NCBI RefSeq assembly: GCF_001194135.2
Contig: NC_068986.1
Coordinates: 11,466,959-11,530,958, forward strand
Direction: 5' to 3'
Source of the DNA: Octopus bimaculoides
Lineage: Eukaryota
DNA: 64,000 nt
The translations under genes and the position numbers were made by a program. Numbering within the stretch: the first letter of the stretch is position 1; each line of letters opens with the position of its first letter. Shown here piece by piece: positions 12,561 to 26,500 of the stretch. The notes below the pieces were generated by a model, which did no database searches, was not told where the DNA came from, and was given only the letters and a program-made list of their open reading frames with translations.

Positions 12561-15500
12561 TTGCCAAACCTATTCAATGTGTGCTTTTGATAGGACCCTA
12601 ACGCCATGACCCTCTCGGGAATAGTGGGCAGAGAAAATGGATGGATGATGTATTTTTTCAGTCAATTAAAATGTAACGAAATATTGCGTTACATTTGTTT
12701 TAATTATTTGTTTCTTGTTAGAATACTTATTTTACTTTTCAGAGAGTCTTATTACCCCCACCCCCATAAAACAAATTATTGTGTCAACAATGCTACTATC
12801 ATTAGTGTATCATTGTATGAAATAGGGGACTTGTAAAGTCATTGGTGCCAGCTATAACTGTCCACAAATATTTCATTGCACAATACCATCTTCAGTTTTG
12901 GTTATAAAAAAATTTCCATGGTGACATTTTGAAGAATTATCTTTCCCTTTGCCTCCTCTCTAACATAAGTTTCTTGCATGTAAACTTATGGTGGGTGGGG
13001 AATGGCCTCGTGTTGCAACCCGTCTAAAGGAACTATGTGAGAATGATTACAGTGATAGCTTGAAATGAGGGAATATTTTACCAGTCTTTTCTAGTAATCT
13101 GTTAGAGCTTTTGTTAGTTTTGGAAACACGGTCCTAGGATACTGGATGCAGCATGGAAGTCTAGGAAGTGACTTGTCATTAAATTAAAGAGAAAAAGTAG
13201 GAAATACATGAAGTATTTGTTAGTCAGAGGACATGGTGGGGAGAGAAATTGTGGTGAGTAAGGCCAGAAGTAAAAAGGGTAGTTAAAAACTGAGAAGAGA
13301 GAATAATATTATGCCAGAAAGAAGGCAGCAAGCTGGCAGAACCATTACCGTGCCAGGCAAAATGCTTAGTGGCATTTCATTTGTCTTTGCATTCTGAGTT
13401 TAAATTCTACCAATGTCGACTTTGCTTTCATCTTTTTGGGGGGTCAATAAAATAAGTACCAGCTAAGTACTGAGATTAATGTAATCAACTTACCCCCTTC
13501 CCCCAAATTTACTGGCCTTGTGTCAAAATTTGAAACTAAAATTATGCCAGGAAGAAACAAAGGCCTTGTGAAGAAAATTTGACATCTTTCTGAATAACAA
13601 TGAATGAAATCCAATCTTGAATTTGAATGAAAGGTGAAAAATCAGAAAATTACTGGAATAAATGCAAAATATGATAATCTATTGTTTAAGACATGGAAAA
13701 CCATCAAGAATTTGTGTTTATCCCAAAGAATTAATTTCCTTGAGATAAATACCTTTTTGTCTAAACTTAGGAGCCAGATCCCTTAATGTGCATTGTTAAA
13801 ATCATGGTTTCTGAAACATTATTATGAATAGTGGAAAAATTTGGTTACCGATCTAGCATTGAAACTGAAATAATTGGGGTTGATGGTGAAAATGTCATTG
13901 ATCTTGTTATCAATTTTTGAACCTATATTATTGGGAAGTGGGGTTCTTACAAATGATTGTAGTTCATTGACAAAAATTTGGTCAGTTAAACAAACTGTCA
14001 ACTGGCACCAACCTGAGAACTTAGGGATCACAACTAGTATACCATTTGTTGATCTTTAAAAGAAAAAACTGATCTTTAAAAAAAAAAGCACTCCAGAAGT
14101 TTAGACTTAAGGGCAGGTGATAAGAACTGCATGTAAACTGTGTTTGATTTTTATTTTAAATCAATTCACAGTTACACTTGGTTATGAATTTAATGTGAAC
14201 TTTGATGTACATCAACACCCTACATCTCTCTCATGTCATAGTGACATAGTCACAAGAGGTTGATGTCTCAAATGGTAAGCTAATTCAGTGGCCATTTGGA
14301 AGAATGGATTGTAATCTGAGAACCTTTTGATTAATAAGTTTAACATAAAAATGCTGTTCCATAGCTGTTGAATTGGGGTCCAAAGATATGAGGAAATAAC
14401 CATGTCAAAGGTGTTGTGGAAGCTGGTGGAGTCACTCCTGTAAACTAGTTAGCACATGACGATGATTAGGTGTGTCAAGATCCCATCAGTCCATTTGATG
14501 TTGACGAGGTTGTTAGATTGAAAAGACTACACTGACAAAATCACTTTTAGGGAGGAGAGAAGGTGACCCAAGAATGTACCCGTTTTCCAAGACAATGAAA
14601 CCATTAGAAATATTGAAATTGATGTCAACTGTGATGTGAAGCATCTCAATATTGATGTTGGAGTAAGACCAAGAAGAACTGAGAGGGCAGAAAAATGTGC
14701 TATGACTGGTACCTTCATCAAGTACATTTAGGGAACAACATTGAAATCAGTAACTCTCTGCAGCCTACAGTTTGCCCTTCTACTTTTCCCCTTGTCTTCC
14801 GCTTATTCTCCCCCCCCCCCACTGGTCCCTCCTCTTATCGTTTAACAAGAATGCAGTTAAAGAATCATCTTCTGTGAGAATTCCTGTTGATTATGGAGAT
14901 GTTTAATCATTTTACAAGTTTTACATTCAATTGATTATCTTTTCTTTACCTTCTGGTAGATATTACTTTCTGAGCACCGGCTGATTCACCATCTTCCACA
15001 CCAACTCGCAATGAATCAATAATATAAAGCCTTTATCTCTTGTTGATAGTGATTAGCTTACAGGGCTTTTAACCTTCCATCTACACAGGCGGGTTTCCAA
15101 TCCTGTAGCTTGGAGCACCAGTCAAAGCTTCCATCTCATGGGGTACATTGATCTGGTAGTGATCATCCTTCTAAAGCAGAGGTTCTCAACAAGGGTCCAA
15201 TGACCCATTGTGGGGTCCATACAACATTTTGTTAAAATTTATGGGTCATAAATTGGTTATTCTTCTACAATACCCAAAATATTTTAACAATTTTTGAGAC
15301 AATTCCTAATAATATTTAATTGCAAGAATATAATGGGATTTTTTAAAACATCAAATGGTTACAGAGGTTCCAGTAGAGTAAAACAAGAATGAAAGAAGTC
15401 TGTTGATTAAAAAATGGTTAAGAAACACTGCCCTAAAGCTATGGGATGATTTCTCAATTTATCATGGATAAATTCATATTTAAATTAACACAATAGCACT

Positions 15501-18500
15501 TTTTTTTCCCATTCATGCACCTTGGCACTTTGATTTATTATTATTATTATTATTACTAGTGGACTGAGGCAGCAAGAGTTAAGTATCTTGATTACAGACA
15601 GCTGGATGTATGCAATCAACTCTTCAAATTGTAGACAAGTACCTTAACCTTATCCCTAACAACATAGCTAACAACTGCTGCTCTATTACTCAATAATAAG
15701 TCATAACTTTGGAACTGTTTTAAATTGTTTTGCTATTTAATCCCATTACACAGCTATTAAGCTAACTTCACCTGTTCTGAATACAGAATTGTGATAGATA
15801 AATTCGATATAAATAGCTGAAATTTACCTTATCTTTACATGTTTGTGCATATGTTGATAAAATCTCTTGGCTAAATAAATCTGTCAATGAACTTAACTGC
15901 CCACTTTCTCATTAACTACTTCTCTCATTTAATGTTTATAAAGACAGTTAATAAGATATTGCTAAGTGATGCAGGGTTTAGTTTTAAACGGGTTAGAATG
16001 AGATTTTGAGGTGATCATTAAACATAATGCACAGCCAAGCATTTATTACATGTATTAAGCATGTTTTAATATCCACCATATGTGAGGTGGCTGAAGAGAT
16101 AGAACATTAGTTTTATTCACCCTACTTGATTAATTTTTTTCAAGTAACTTTATTTCTTCAACTGTTTTTGTATCTATTTTTCCTTTGATTTTCGTTAAAA
16201 GTCCAGCAAGTTTACATAACTTGCCGGGCTTTTTCTTCTATAGTCTCTAACAACCATGACTTTATCATTAGGGTTATTTTCAACCATTATTACATCAGTA
16301 TCACTTGCTATGGTATTAAACCATTTGTTATCATATTTTTTATCATTTTCAAGTACATTGTCTTGCAATTAATTATGAAAAGAGTGAACAGTTTAGTGAA
16401 GTAACTTTGTCATTGTTAATCTGGTATTTGGAACATAAAATTAACTTGCAATTTTAATGATGGAGGGTTATAATTTAGATCATTTTAATCCTTTAGCATT
16501 TAAATTACTCTGCCAAACATAATGCTTATTTATTCATTTTGTTTTGAATTAATCCTAGTTTTGAGATTTCAATGAAATAATTATTTTTAGAATGTCATTG
16601 TCGGGTAAGTGCGACAAGCCAGATCTGGTTAATTTGAACATAAAACGGAATATTTTGGCCAGATATGGCTGGTTTAAATACTAAAGGGTTAGTAAGACCA
16701 GAAGCTTGCATTATAAAACCAGGGCTGCTGGATTCAGGCAGTTTGGTATCAAAAGGCTTAATGAAGTAAAGCATACTGAAATGACGATATGGTAAACTTC
16801 AGTCTTATTTTTAAAATGTATGATGTCTGTTTGGAAAGAAGTGTAAGTTTTATGAATGAGAAAGATGTGTAAAAGGTAGGAGTGATATAAAAGTTTCAAT
16901 TACAATAAATTGCATCCACATTTGTTGACAGGTGTGTTCAACACCTGTAACAAATATTATTACTAGGATATTTTTAACTGCAATAATTGTTTATTCTTAT
17001 TAAGTGTGAAAGCATGTGGCCTGGTGATTAGGATGTGGGACTAAGGATCACAAAGTCAAGGGTTTGGTTTTAGGACTGGGTGACGAATTGTGACTATGAG
17101 TAAAAGAGATCATTTCAGATTACTCCAGTCCTAGCTGAAAATGAGTGCCACCTGGTTGTTGGTGCAGCTCTCTTACCCTCTAGCTATCACATCCTTGATG
17201 CTGCACTGAGTTAATGGATAGGGGTGTGTGTAGAGGTGTTCATGTCAGCTTACAACTACACAGGCCCTTAAATTAGTGAAACTGTAGTACAAGATACCAG
17301 AACGTACTCGCTTGCAAGTGACATCTAAGATTATCAAGTGGATTTTCATTTTTCTTAAACTCCTGCACACTCATGTTGTTTTTAAACATTCCAAACACCT
17401 CTTACTTCCCTTCAATCTCAACATTTTCACTACGTAATTCATTTAAATATTTTCTCTTTCTGGCTACACTTATTCCAGTGCTTGTTGAATTTCTGTCTTA
17501 CAGCACTTAAACTGTTCTTCACATCACAGTATTTTCCTTCTGTCCATTGTTTCATCCTAACTCATCCAATATAGGATGTGTTTCCTTCCCTTCATTTTAG
17601 CATTTGTTGTTTCTATTCTCATCCATTATGGTGTTTATCTTGTTCCAGCCCTCAACTTTGTCTTGCTCATCCCATATTTTATGCAGCTACATCTCTTTGC
17701 AGGTAGCACTATACCTCCTCACATGATATTTGCTCTGTTTCAATATCTACTCTTTCCAACTTGCCCAGCACTGTCTCTGTATCTTCTCTTTCATATGCTC
17801 TGCTATTTTTTTTTGTCCTATTTCTTACTTTAAATTTTGTCATGTACCATGTCTCCCAGGCTTTTCACTTTTTCTTCTCTGTTTTACTACCTCACATGGT
17901 ATCACTTGTTTTGGCATTTTCTTCTGTTTGTCCAAACTGTATTCTCACTCATTCTGTCCTTTCTTTACAAAGCCCATTATTTCACAGATGGTTACATTTT
18001 GACCCTGGAGCATTGATTGCATCATACTTGCCAGCAAACTTTTTTCTTCCTACAATAATTGCCATTACAATGTTTATAACAACATGACACGCATCAGTGG
18101 ATTCATACAAACTTTGTAACATGGATGACAAAATATTAATGTGGATTAAAAAAATTTTGCTTTTGTCTGTGTCACATTCCCTTTAAAATTATAAATCCGG
18201 TTTGTGAGAGAAAGTGAGAGTAGAGATAATCCTGGGTCCACAAAAAGAAAAAAAGAAAAATAAAGCACCCAGTACACTCTGTGAAGTGGTTGGCATTAGG
18301 AAGGGCTTCCACTTGTAGGAACTATGCCAAAGCTGACATTGGAGCTTGGTACAGTCTGCTGACTCGTCAGTTGCTCTTGAATTATCCAACCCATACCAGC
18401 ATGGAAAACAAACATTAACCCTTTTGTTACCATATTTCTGTTGAGATGCTCTGTGTTTCTTTCAATTAATTTTAAATATAACAAAGAATTTAATAAAATA

Positions 18501-20518
18501 ACTTAGTTATTATGAAGCTAGTGTTAGGAACATAAATTGTAACTAAGGTTTGGTGGAAGATTTTAATTCAGAACTTTTGAAAACAAGACATTTGTACTCA
18601 GAGCCAGAGACAGTTTCAGCCATGTTGTTATCAAATATATTTAATAAAATGAAAGGATCAAGTGCTCCACTCCTAGTTTTTTTTTTTAGTCACTTTTCCA
18701 CTGTATTGNNNNNNNNNNTTTTTTTTTTTTTTTTTTTTTTCTTTCTTTCAATATAAGAACTCATTACATTCTCATAAGCGGTCACCTGCTCTGCTACATT
18801 CAGTTACCTTTCACGAAAGCTTTACCAATGAACTTGCCTTCTTTATTTTAATTTTTCATCTTCTAAGCATCTCTAGAGACACCTCATGAGTATAGCTAGA
18901 TCCATGCATTCGTTCATGTCCACTATTTTCATTATCACTGCCTTTGAAATGGTTGCATAAGAGCTTTTTCTTACAACAACAAATGCATCTCTCTCATCGT
19001 TCTTTATGAATGTAGTACAGATTAGGGGTTTTGGGGTTTACAGCTAATTTACTATGTTTTGTGGTTGTTGTTCTTGTTATGTTATTCGAGCCCTAATCAA
19101 GTAACCCTATGATTAGAGTTGCCCCACGATTACAATATTGAATGTGTTCTTTTGTTGAGAAAATGGTAGAGTGTGATCTGAGGTGATTTATTTTATCTTT
19201 CAGATGTTGCCGTTAATGTTGTTCTATTATGTAAGAAGGTTTTTGCATTGAGTGCTTGCTGTTCCCATTTTAGGGGAATTGTGTGTTAAGTTTATAGCTT
19301 TTAGTATGCTGTCCCTATTTATTCTGGTCTTCCGGGGGTTTTTAATCTTAGCCAGAAATTATTGATGCAAGTCTTGTAGATTTAATCATCTTTTACCTTC
19401 TTTATAGATCATGTTGTGATCGGAATAAATTTTTGTCTTTTATTGGAAGGGATCAAGGTGTATAGTAATAATAATGGTAGTAATCCTTTCTACTGTAGGC
19501 ACAAGGCCTGAAACTTGCGGGGAGAGGAGCTAATCAATTACATCGACCTCAGTACTTCACACTGGTACTTTATTTTCATTGACCTAGAAAGGATGAAAAG
19601 CAAAGTTGACCTCAGCAGCATTTGAACTCAAATGATGAAATGCTGCCCAGTATTTTGTCTAGCAGATTAAGGATTCTGCCAGTTCACTGCTATTTATAAT
19701 GGTTTCAAATTTCGGCTCAAGGCCAGCAATTTTGTGCGTTGGGGATGGAGGTTAATACTTATTGATCACTTTGATTAGGGCTTCAATTTATTGACCCTGA
19801 AAGGATGAAAAGCAACATTTCAACTTAGAATGTAAAGAGCTCAAAGAAATTCCCTTAAGCAATTTGTTCAATGCTCAAATACTTCTGCCAGCTTGCCACC
19901 TTAATAACGACAACAACAACAATAACAATGATGATAATAANNNNNNNNNNNNNNNNNNNNNNNNNNNNNNNNNNNNNNNNNNNNNNNNNNNNNNNNNNNN
20001 NNNNNNNNNNNNNNNNNNNNNNNNNNNNNNNNNNNNNNNNNNNNNNNNNNNNNNNNNNNNNNNNNNNNNNNNNNNNNNNNNNNNNNNNNNNNNNNNNNNN
20101 NNNNNNNNNNNNNNNNNNNNNNNNNNNNNNNNNNNNNNNNNNNNNNNNNNNNNNNNNNNNNNNNNNNNNNNNNNNNNNNNNNNNNNNNNNNNNNNNNNNN
20201 NNNNNNNNNNNNNNNNNNNNNNNNNNNNNNNNNNNNNNNNNNNNNNNNNNNNNNNNNNNNNNNNNNNNNNNNNNNNNNNNNNNNNNNNNNNNNNNNNNNN
20301 NNNNNNNNNNNNNNNNNNNNNNNNNNNNNNNNNNNNNNNNNNNNNNNNNNNNNNNNNNNNNNNNNNNNNNNNNNNNNNNNNNNNNNNNNNNNNNNNNNNN
20401 NNNNNNNNNNNNNNNNNNNNNNNNNNNNNNNNNNNNNNNNNNNNNNNNNNNNNNNNNNNNNNNNNNNNNNNNNNNNNNNNNNNNNNNNNNNNNNNNNNNN
20501 NNNNNNNNNNNNNNNNNN

Positions 20519-20549
<31 letters not shown>

Positions 20550-21448
20550 TAAGAGGAGCGAAATTATTCAAGTCATTTGTAATATTAACTTACTCAAAGG
20601 TGTTAAGCTGGCAGAATCTTTAGCATTCTGGGGAAAATGCTTAGTGGCGTTTCGCCCAAATTCCACCAGGGTTGACTTTGCCTTTCATCCTTTTAGGGTT
20701 GATAAAATAAGTACCTGTTGAGTACAGGAGTTGATGTAATTGACTTACCCCATCCATCGAAATTGCTGGCCTTGTGCCAAAAGTTGAAACCAATAAGGTA
20801 TCTTATGGAAAAAAAAGTAAAAGGAATGGAAAAATCTAAGTGTTTTTATGGTAAAGCATGGTCCATTCCACTGTTTTGTAATAAATGAATTTTAACCCTT
20901 TTGATACTAAACCACCTGAGACTGTCCTTGCTTCTATGGTACAAAGATACAAACCTCTTGTTTTCAAAGTGATCTCAATTAAAACCTTCCATCAAAATTT
21001 CAATTTATATTTGTTTTAAACACCTAAACAAAGTCAGAGTATTTCAACAGAATTAGGGTAACGAAATGGTTGATTACTGTTCTGTTTACATTCTTGTTAT
21101 AAGTTTATGGTATTTGTAGCATTGAATGGATGCCACGACTTGTGTTAGTTTTATTTCAGTGGTATCAGGTATGTTTAAAAAAATGAAATAATTTTTAATT
21201 CTAACACTCATCTAGAAGGTTTTGTATTCAAATTGATAAAATGTCAACATGTCCCAAAGTAATAGGACAGGCTTCACTCATTTTTCTGCAGGTGGAAAAT
21301 CTTGGATTTACACGGATTATATTAGTCTTTATAGGAACCTCTTTTGATTTGTTGTAAAGTTTTTAAGAGTTTAAAGGATAAAAATATTCATTATATTGTA
21401 TTCTGGTCTTGTCCTCCATCCCACTTCAGGTAATTAAAGAGAAGATAC

Positions 21449-21846
21449 TTGACCTGTTTATTACTATATTTCCATTGAAATACACTGTCATTGTTTTAAT
21501 TAATTTAGTAAAATAATTTTGTCATTATTAAACTAGTATTTAGAGCATAAATTAACATGAAAATTTGGTGGAAGGTTTTAATTTAGATTACATTAAAACA
21601 GGGAGTTTCTATTGTAAAACTAGGGATGGTTACAGATGGGTTGGCATCAAAAGAGTTAACTCTTTTGTTACCATGCTTCTGCTGAAATACATTGTCTTTG
21701 TTTCAATTAGTTCTGAAAATAATAAAAGATTTAATATTGTCATTATTAAATTGGTATTTGGAACATAAACAAACACGTAATTTTGATGGAAGTTTGTATC
21801 TTAGAACCTGGGGTGGTTTCAGGTGAGTCGATATCAAAAGGGTTAA
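21449..21846. mobile_element. Two tandem TTAA-flanked (piggyBac-like) MITEs sharing TTAA at 21656-21659. Family copies at 1255-1500, 4530-4925, 16390-16761, 18415-18660, 20892-21073, 57660-57900
   Basis: Ends TTAA-CCCTTTTGTTACC ... GGTATCAAAAGGG-TTAA, with conserved interior TTTGGAACATAAATTAACATGAAATTTTGATGGAAGGTTTTAATT. Confidence 0.75.
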
Positions 21847-23067
21847 AATTCATTTTAACGCACATCTTAGAAGAGTATTGCTCATAAATTGTTTTAATAA
21901 GCAAACATTTCTTCTGATTTTTTTTTAAAGTTATCCTATAACTTTATATTTAGTCAACGATTTTCTATCAGCATCAAACCTCTGAAAAAGATACAAATGC
22001 ATTGTTATTAGTTTGTGCCACATTGGTTCAAAATGAATGCTATTTTTCACATTTCTTATTGTATTTAGATGGAAGTTTATAAAATACGAATGGGTAATTG
22101 GAAGATTTTTTTTTTTTGAAAAGTAAAATAGATTATCATACTTTTACATGAAAGATTGTAATATTTTAACATGTTGATATTTAAATGACCTGGTTTTTCA
22201 AAGCAATTAATCCTCGTGAACTTGATAAATATACAAAAAAGGGAGAATAGTTTTTATACCCGTTAGTCTTTATGTTCCGAGTTCAAATTCACTGAGGTCA
22301 GTATTGCCTTTCATCCTTTTGGGGTCAATAAGATAAGCAACAGTTTAAACACAGGGGTCAATGNNNNNNNNNNNNNNNNNNNNNNNNNNNNNNNNNNNNN
22401 NNNNNNNNNNNNNNNNNNNNNNNNNNNNNNNNNNNNNNNNNNNNNNNNNNNNNNNNNNNNNNNNNNNNNNNNNNNNNNNNNNNNNNNNNNNNNNNNNNNN
22501 NNNNNNNNNNNNNNNNNNNNNNNNNNNNNNNNNNNNNNNNNNNNNNNNNNNNNNNNNNNNNNNNNNNNNNNNNNNNNNNNNNNNNNNNNNNNNNNNNNNN
22601 NNNNNNNNNNNNNNNNNNNNNNNNNNNNNNNNNNNNNNNNNNNNNNNNNNNNNNNNNNNNNNNNNNNNNNNNNNNNNNNNNNNNNNNNNNNNNNNNNNNN
22701 NNNNNNNNNNNNNNNNNNNNNNNNNNNNNNNNNNNNNNNNNNNNNNNNNNNNNNNNNNNNNNNNNNNNNNNNNNNNNNNNNNNNNNNNNNNNNNNNNNNN
22801 NNNNNNNNNNNNNNNNNNNNNNNNNNNNNNNNNNNNNNNNNNNNNNNNNNNNNNNNNNNNNNNNNNNNNNNNNNNNNNNNNNNNNNNNNNNNNNNNNNNN
22901 NNNNNNNNNNNNNNNNNNNNNNNNNNNNNNNNNNNNNNNNNNNNNNNNNNNNNNNNNNNNNNNNNNNNNNNNNNNNNNNNNNNNNNNNNNNNNNNNNNNN
23001 NNNNNNNNNNNNNATATATATATATATAAATATAAAATTAACATTTCCCTTTCTGATTTAGCCACAT

Positions 23068-23259
23068 TTTACATTATTTACATTTGACGGATATTTGTCC
23101 TCATCTTGTTTGTTGTTAACACAACGTTTTGGCTGATATACCCTCCAGCCTTCATCAGGTGTCTTGGAAGAAATTTCAAACCTGGGTTCTCATTCTTAAG
23201 GTATTTTTCGATGTTGTTATTATTATTCAGGAATCGAACACTGAATAATAATAATAATA
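23068..23259 (-). mobile_element. Second, 5'-truncated copy of the tRNA-head/hammerhead element
   Basis: Reverse complement reads GTTCGATTCC-TGAATAATAATAAC...GAGAACCCAGG...GACAC-CTGATGA-A-GGCTG-GAGGGTATAT-CAGCC-AAAA-CGTT-GTGTTAAC...GATGAGGACAAATATCCGTC, nearly identical to 39120-39346. Confidence 0.8.
23118..23163 (-). ncRNA. Hammerhead motif with G12->A core mutation (probably inactive)
   Basis: Same fold as 39253-39298, with stem I GACAC/GUGUU. GAAA is changed to AAAA at 23130, a CpG-type transition. Confidence 0.7.
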
Positions 23260-23439
23260 GCCACTTTTTGCTTAAGTTTTCCTTCAATATAATGAGCACT
23301 GATTATCATCAAAGCCATGGCTATAGTTCAACCAACAGCCATCATTGTTTCAAATTATATGTCCATATTAGTTTAGTTCTATCTCTCACGTTCTCTTTCT
23401 CTCTCTTTCTCATACATAACCACTTCAACTTTCTTGTGT

Positions 23440-23560
23440 GCTAACATCACAATGGAACAGATCGTATTCGACATGTCTGTCTCCAACCTATGCACATCCT
23501 CTTCTTCACTCACTCCCATAGCCTGCTCACTTTTCACACACCAGGAGGAACTGCATCTCT
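23440..23560 (-). pseudogene. Decayed RTE-like RT C-terminal fragment
   Basis: AMGVSEEEDVHRLETDMSNTICSIV resembles ETWAxxxEDxxRLExxExxMLRWM; highly degenerate. Confidence 0.4.
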
Positions 23561-26500
23561 CTAATTTTCAAAAGAACTTAAAAGTTTCTTGTTTTTTGAA
23601 ATTGTGATGTTACTTATTTCAATTATTGTATGATTATTGAGGAAAATCAAATCCATGACTTCCTCCCATATTATCCTATCACTTTAGCCAGAAAAAAACA
23701 TATCAGTTTTATTTGCTTTGATAACTAAAACATTTACATTTTTTTTTCTCTTGGTGTATGTTTGAATAAAAGGCAAGGCAGGAAAGCTCTCACATTGTTT
23801 AAATGCTACAATGTGCAATGAGTGGGGAGTAAAAACATTAACTACATGAAGACACTATTTTCACCTGCCTAACTTCACTAGCTAATATGCATTGAAATAC
23901 CTAGAGTGGAGTGCATTCTACTGCATCCTGTATGAGCTGTGCAATATAAATATAGCAGTTATGGATATAACTCTCAGCAAGAGTCCGTATGACCCCTGGA
24001 GGTCCATGCTCGCAGAATAGGGTCTGTGAAAAGTTTTGATTGAAATGTATGTATTGCAAGAAACAGCCAGGTTTCTTTCTCTAACGCAGTGGTTCGCAAC
24101 CCCTTTATTTTAATGAGTTTTCCTGCAGACCCCTTTTAATATGCTTATCCTTATGTATTTATATATATCTATACCGTAGAACCTTGGCTTTCGAACAACT
24201 CTGATCTCAAATAAATCATGCTTTATCTCCTGTCTTTCTCATATTCATTTAATACAGCAAAACCTCGGTTTATGAACACCTCTGATCACGAATAAGTCAT
24301 GCTTTATATATATATATATATATATATATATNNNNNNNNNNNNNNNNNNNNNNNNNNNNNNNNNNNNNNNNNNNNNNNNNNNNNNNNNNNNNNNNNNNNN
24401 NNNNNNNNNNNNNNNNNNNNNNNNNNNNNNNTCCGCTGACTTCGGTTTGGGAGCCACTGCTCTAACATTTTATGTAGTTCAGCTTATATAAATGAATGAC
24501 TGAATAACAAAATTGGAATTTCCAAAGAAATAACTATAAAATAAAATTTTAAACATTCAATGGCTGGTGAGGGTGGCTATGTCCACTAGATTATAACAGT
24601 AAACAAAGGGGTTCATAGATAAAACAAAAAGGGTCGACAACCACTGCTGTAACCAATAATCTGTTATCAGATGTAAATTAAAAGTTCCTTACTTATGACC
24701 AAAGAGGTTCAAAGAGGGAAATATTTTTGAACTTTTTTTAAATGCAAATTTAATTTCAGGGAGTCAAAAGAAATTATCTTTCCGAAGGGAAAATAATAAT
24801 GATAAAGGAAACTCTTTGAAAATCCCTAAAATCATCAATACTGAAGAGATCTTAAATATTTCTGAATACTAGAATTGTGTTGAATTAAAATGCAGAAGCC
24901 AGTGAAGTTTGTGATATATATATAGGATGCTCTATTAAATTATTGATCATGTCTTTTCTCTCTCTCTCTCTCTCTCTCTGTCTGTCATAAACGTAAAACA
25001 CAAGGCTGCTGCCAAGCTAAAATATACTATTTCAGCTTGTAGTTGAATCATTGGCCTGAGATTTGTCAATAGTTTTACTTCTCACATAACTTATCTACTC
25101 TGCTTGTTTTTAAGAGTAGACTTATGAAAAAACAATGAATAAATTTCAACTACAAGCAGAGAGTGGGTTACCAATGAATACCGTTCTCCTGTCTGTCTTG
25201 AAGTCAGATTTGTATGGATGTTGGAATAGTTACATACTGTTTGCATTTAACTTCAGAGTCAGGTGTTTCTTTTAATTTACCCAACCTATCTTTAATAATA
25301 ATAATAATAATAATAATAGACTTTGTAAATTAACAATCTGGTGGGTTTATTTTAATGACCTACCAATGTATACAGTACGTTTCTCTGTCCTAGGTGTCAA
25401 GAAGACACTCAGCAAGAAATGGAAACAGAACTGAAAGAAGATGCTAGTGAAAAGATTAATAATGGTTTCAAATTTTGGCACATACCCGGCAGTTTCAAGG
25501 GAGGGGGTAAATTGATCACATCGACTCCAGTGCTCAACTGGTACTTTATTGACCCCCAAAAGGATGAGAGGCAAAGTTGACCTCAGTGGAATTTAAACTC
25601 AGAACATAAAGACAGATGAAATGCCACTAAGCATGCTAATGTCTCCCATTGTGCCTCTAATCTCATCAAGTGGCACAAAGCCATCCCCCCTCACTGTTAC
25701 TCCCTCTTCCCAGCTGAAGGGGTTCTTAATTTCCTAAGTACCTGGTGACCCTCTCAGTGCTGGTGCCACATAAAAAGCACCCAATACACTCTGTAAAGTG
25801 GTTGGCATTTGGAAGGGCAAGCAACTGTAGAAATTATGCTAAAACAAGCAATAAAGCTTGGTGTAGCTCCCATCCTTACCAAGTGTAGCTGTGTGATAAG
25901 AAGCTTACTTCCCAACTACATGGCTCCAAGTTCAGTCCCACTGCGTGGCACCTTGAGCAAGTGCCTTCTGCCAACCAAAGCCTTGTGATTGAATTTGGGA
26001 GGCAGACATTCTTGTCTTGTGTATATGTGTGTGTGGGAGAGTGTTTGTACTTCCTTTAAATATTCACATATTAAAATTTCATGTTTTGTGTAATAATATT
26101 TCAAGCCAAGATTTAAATTTTAACACTTTACTAGAAGTTACTTCATACAGATTGATGCTGAATGAGTGAGTTAAGCCAAAAATCACAAACAACACGTAGC
26201 AGTGTTTACATGATGCAACAAAAGAAAAAAAAAATGATGTGTGATACTTCTTTGAGCCAGTCCACCTGTTCATTGTTAACCGGCTTTCTATGGAACTTGA
26301 ATTTTTAATATAATTGGCTTGATAGGAGCCAAGTCATAACTTTAGCTGTTTGCAAGCTAGTCATTCATAACTCATAGATTGTCTTGACTTAACATTTGTG
26401 ATAAACTCTGAAAAATGATGTGAGGATGTTGTGGAATATGTTTCTCTCTCAAAAATATAGAAAATTCACCAAAAAAGTAAATAAGTGACTATTTTCAAAG

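Noticed and set aside
19855-23065. Long ORFs (222-285 aa) at 19.9-20.7 kb and 22.4-23.1 kb, and similar ones at 40.3-40.9 kb and 62.4-63.4 kb
   Set aside because: They are made almost entirely of X from N gaps.
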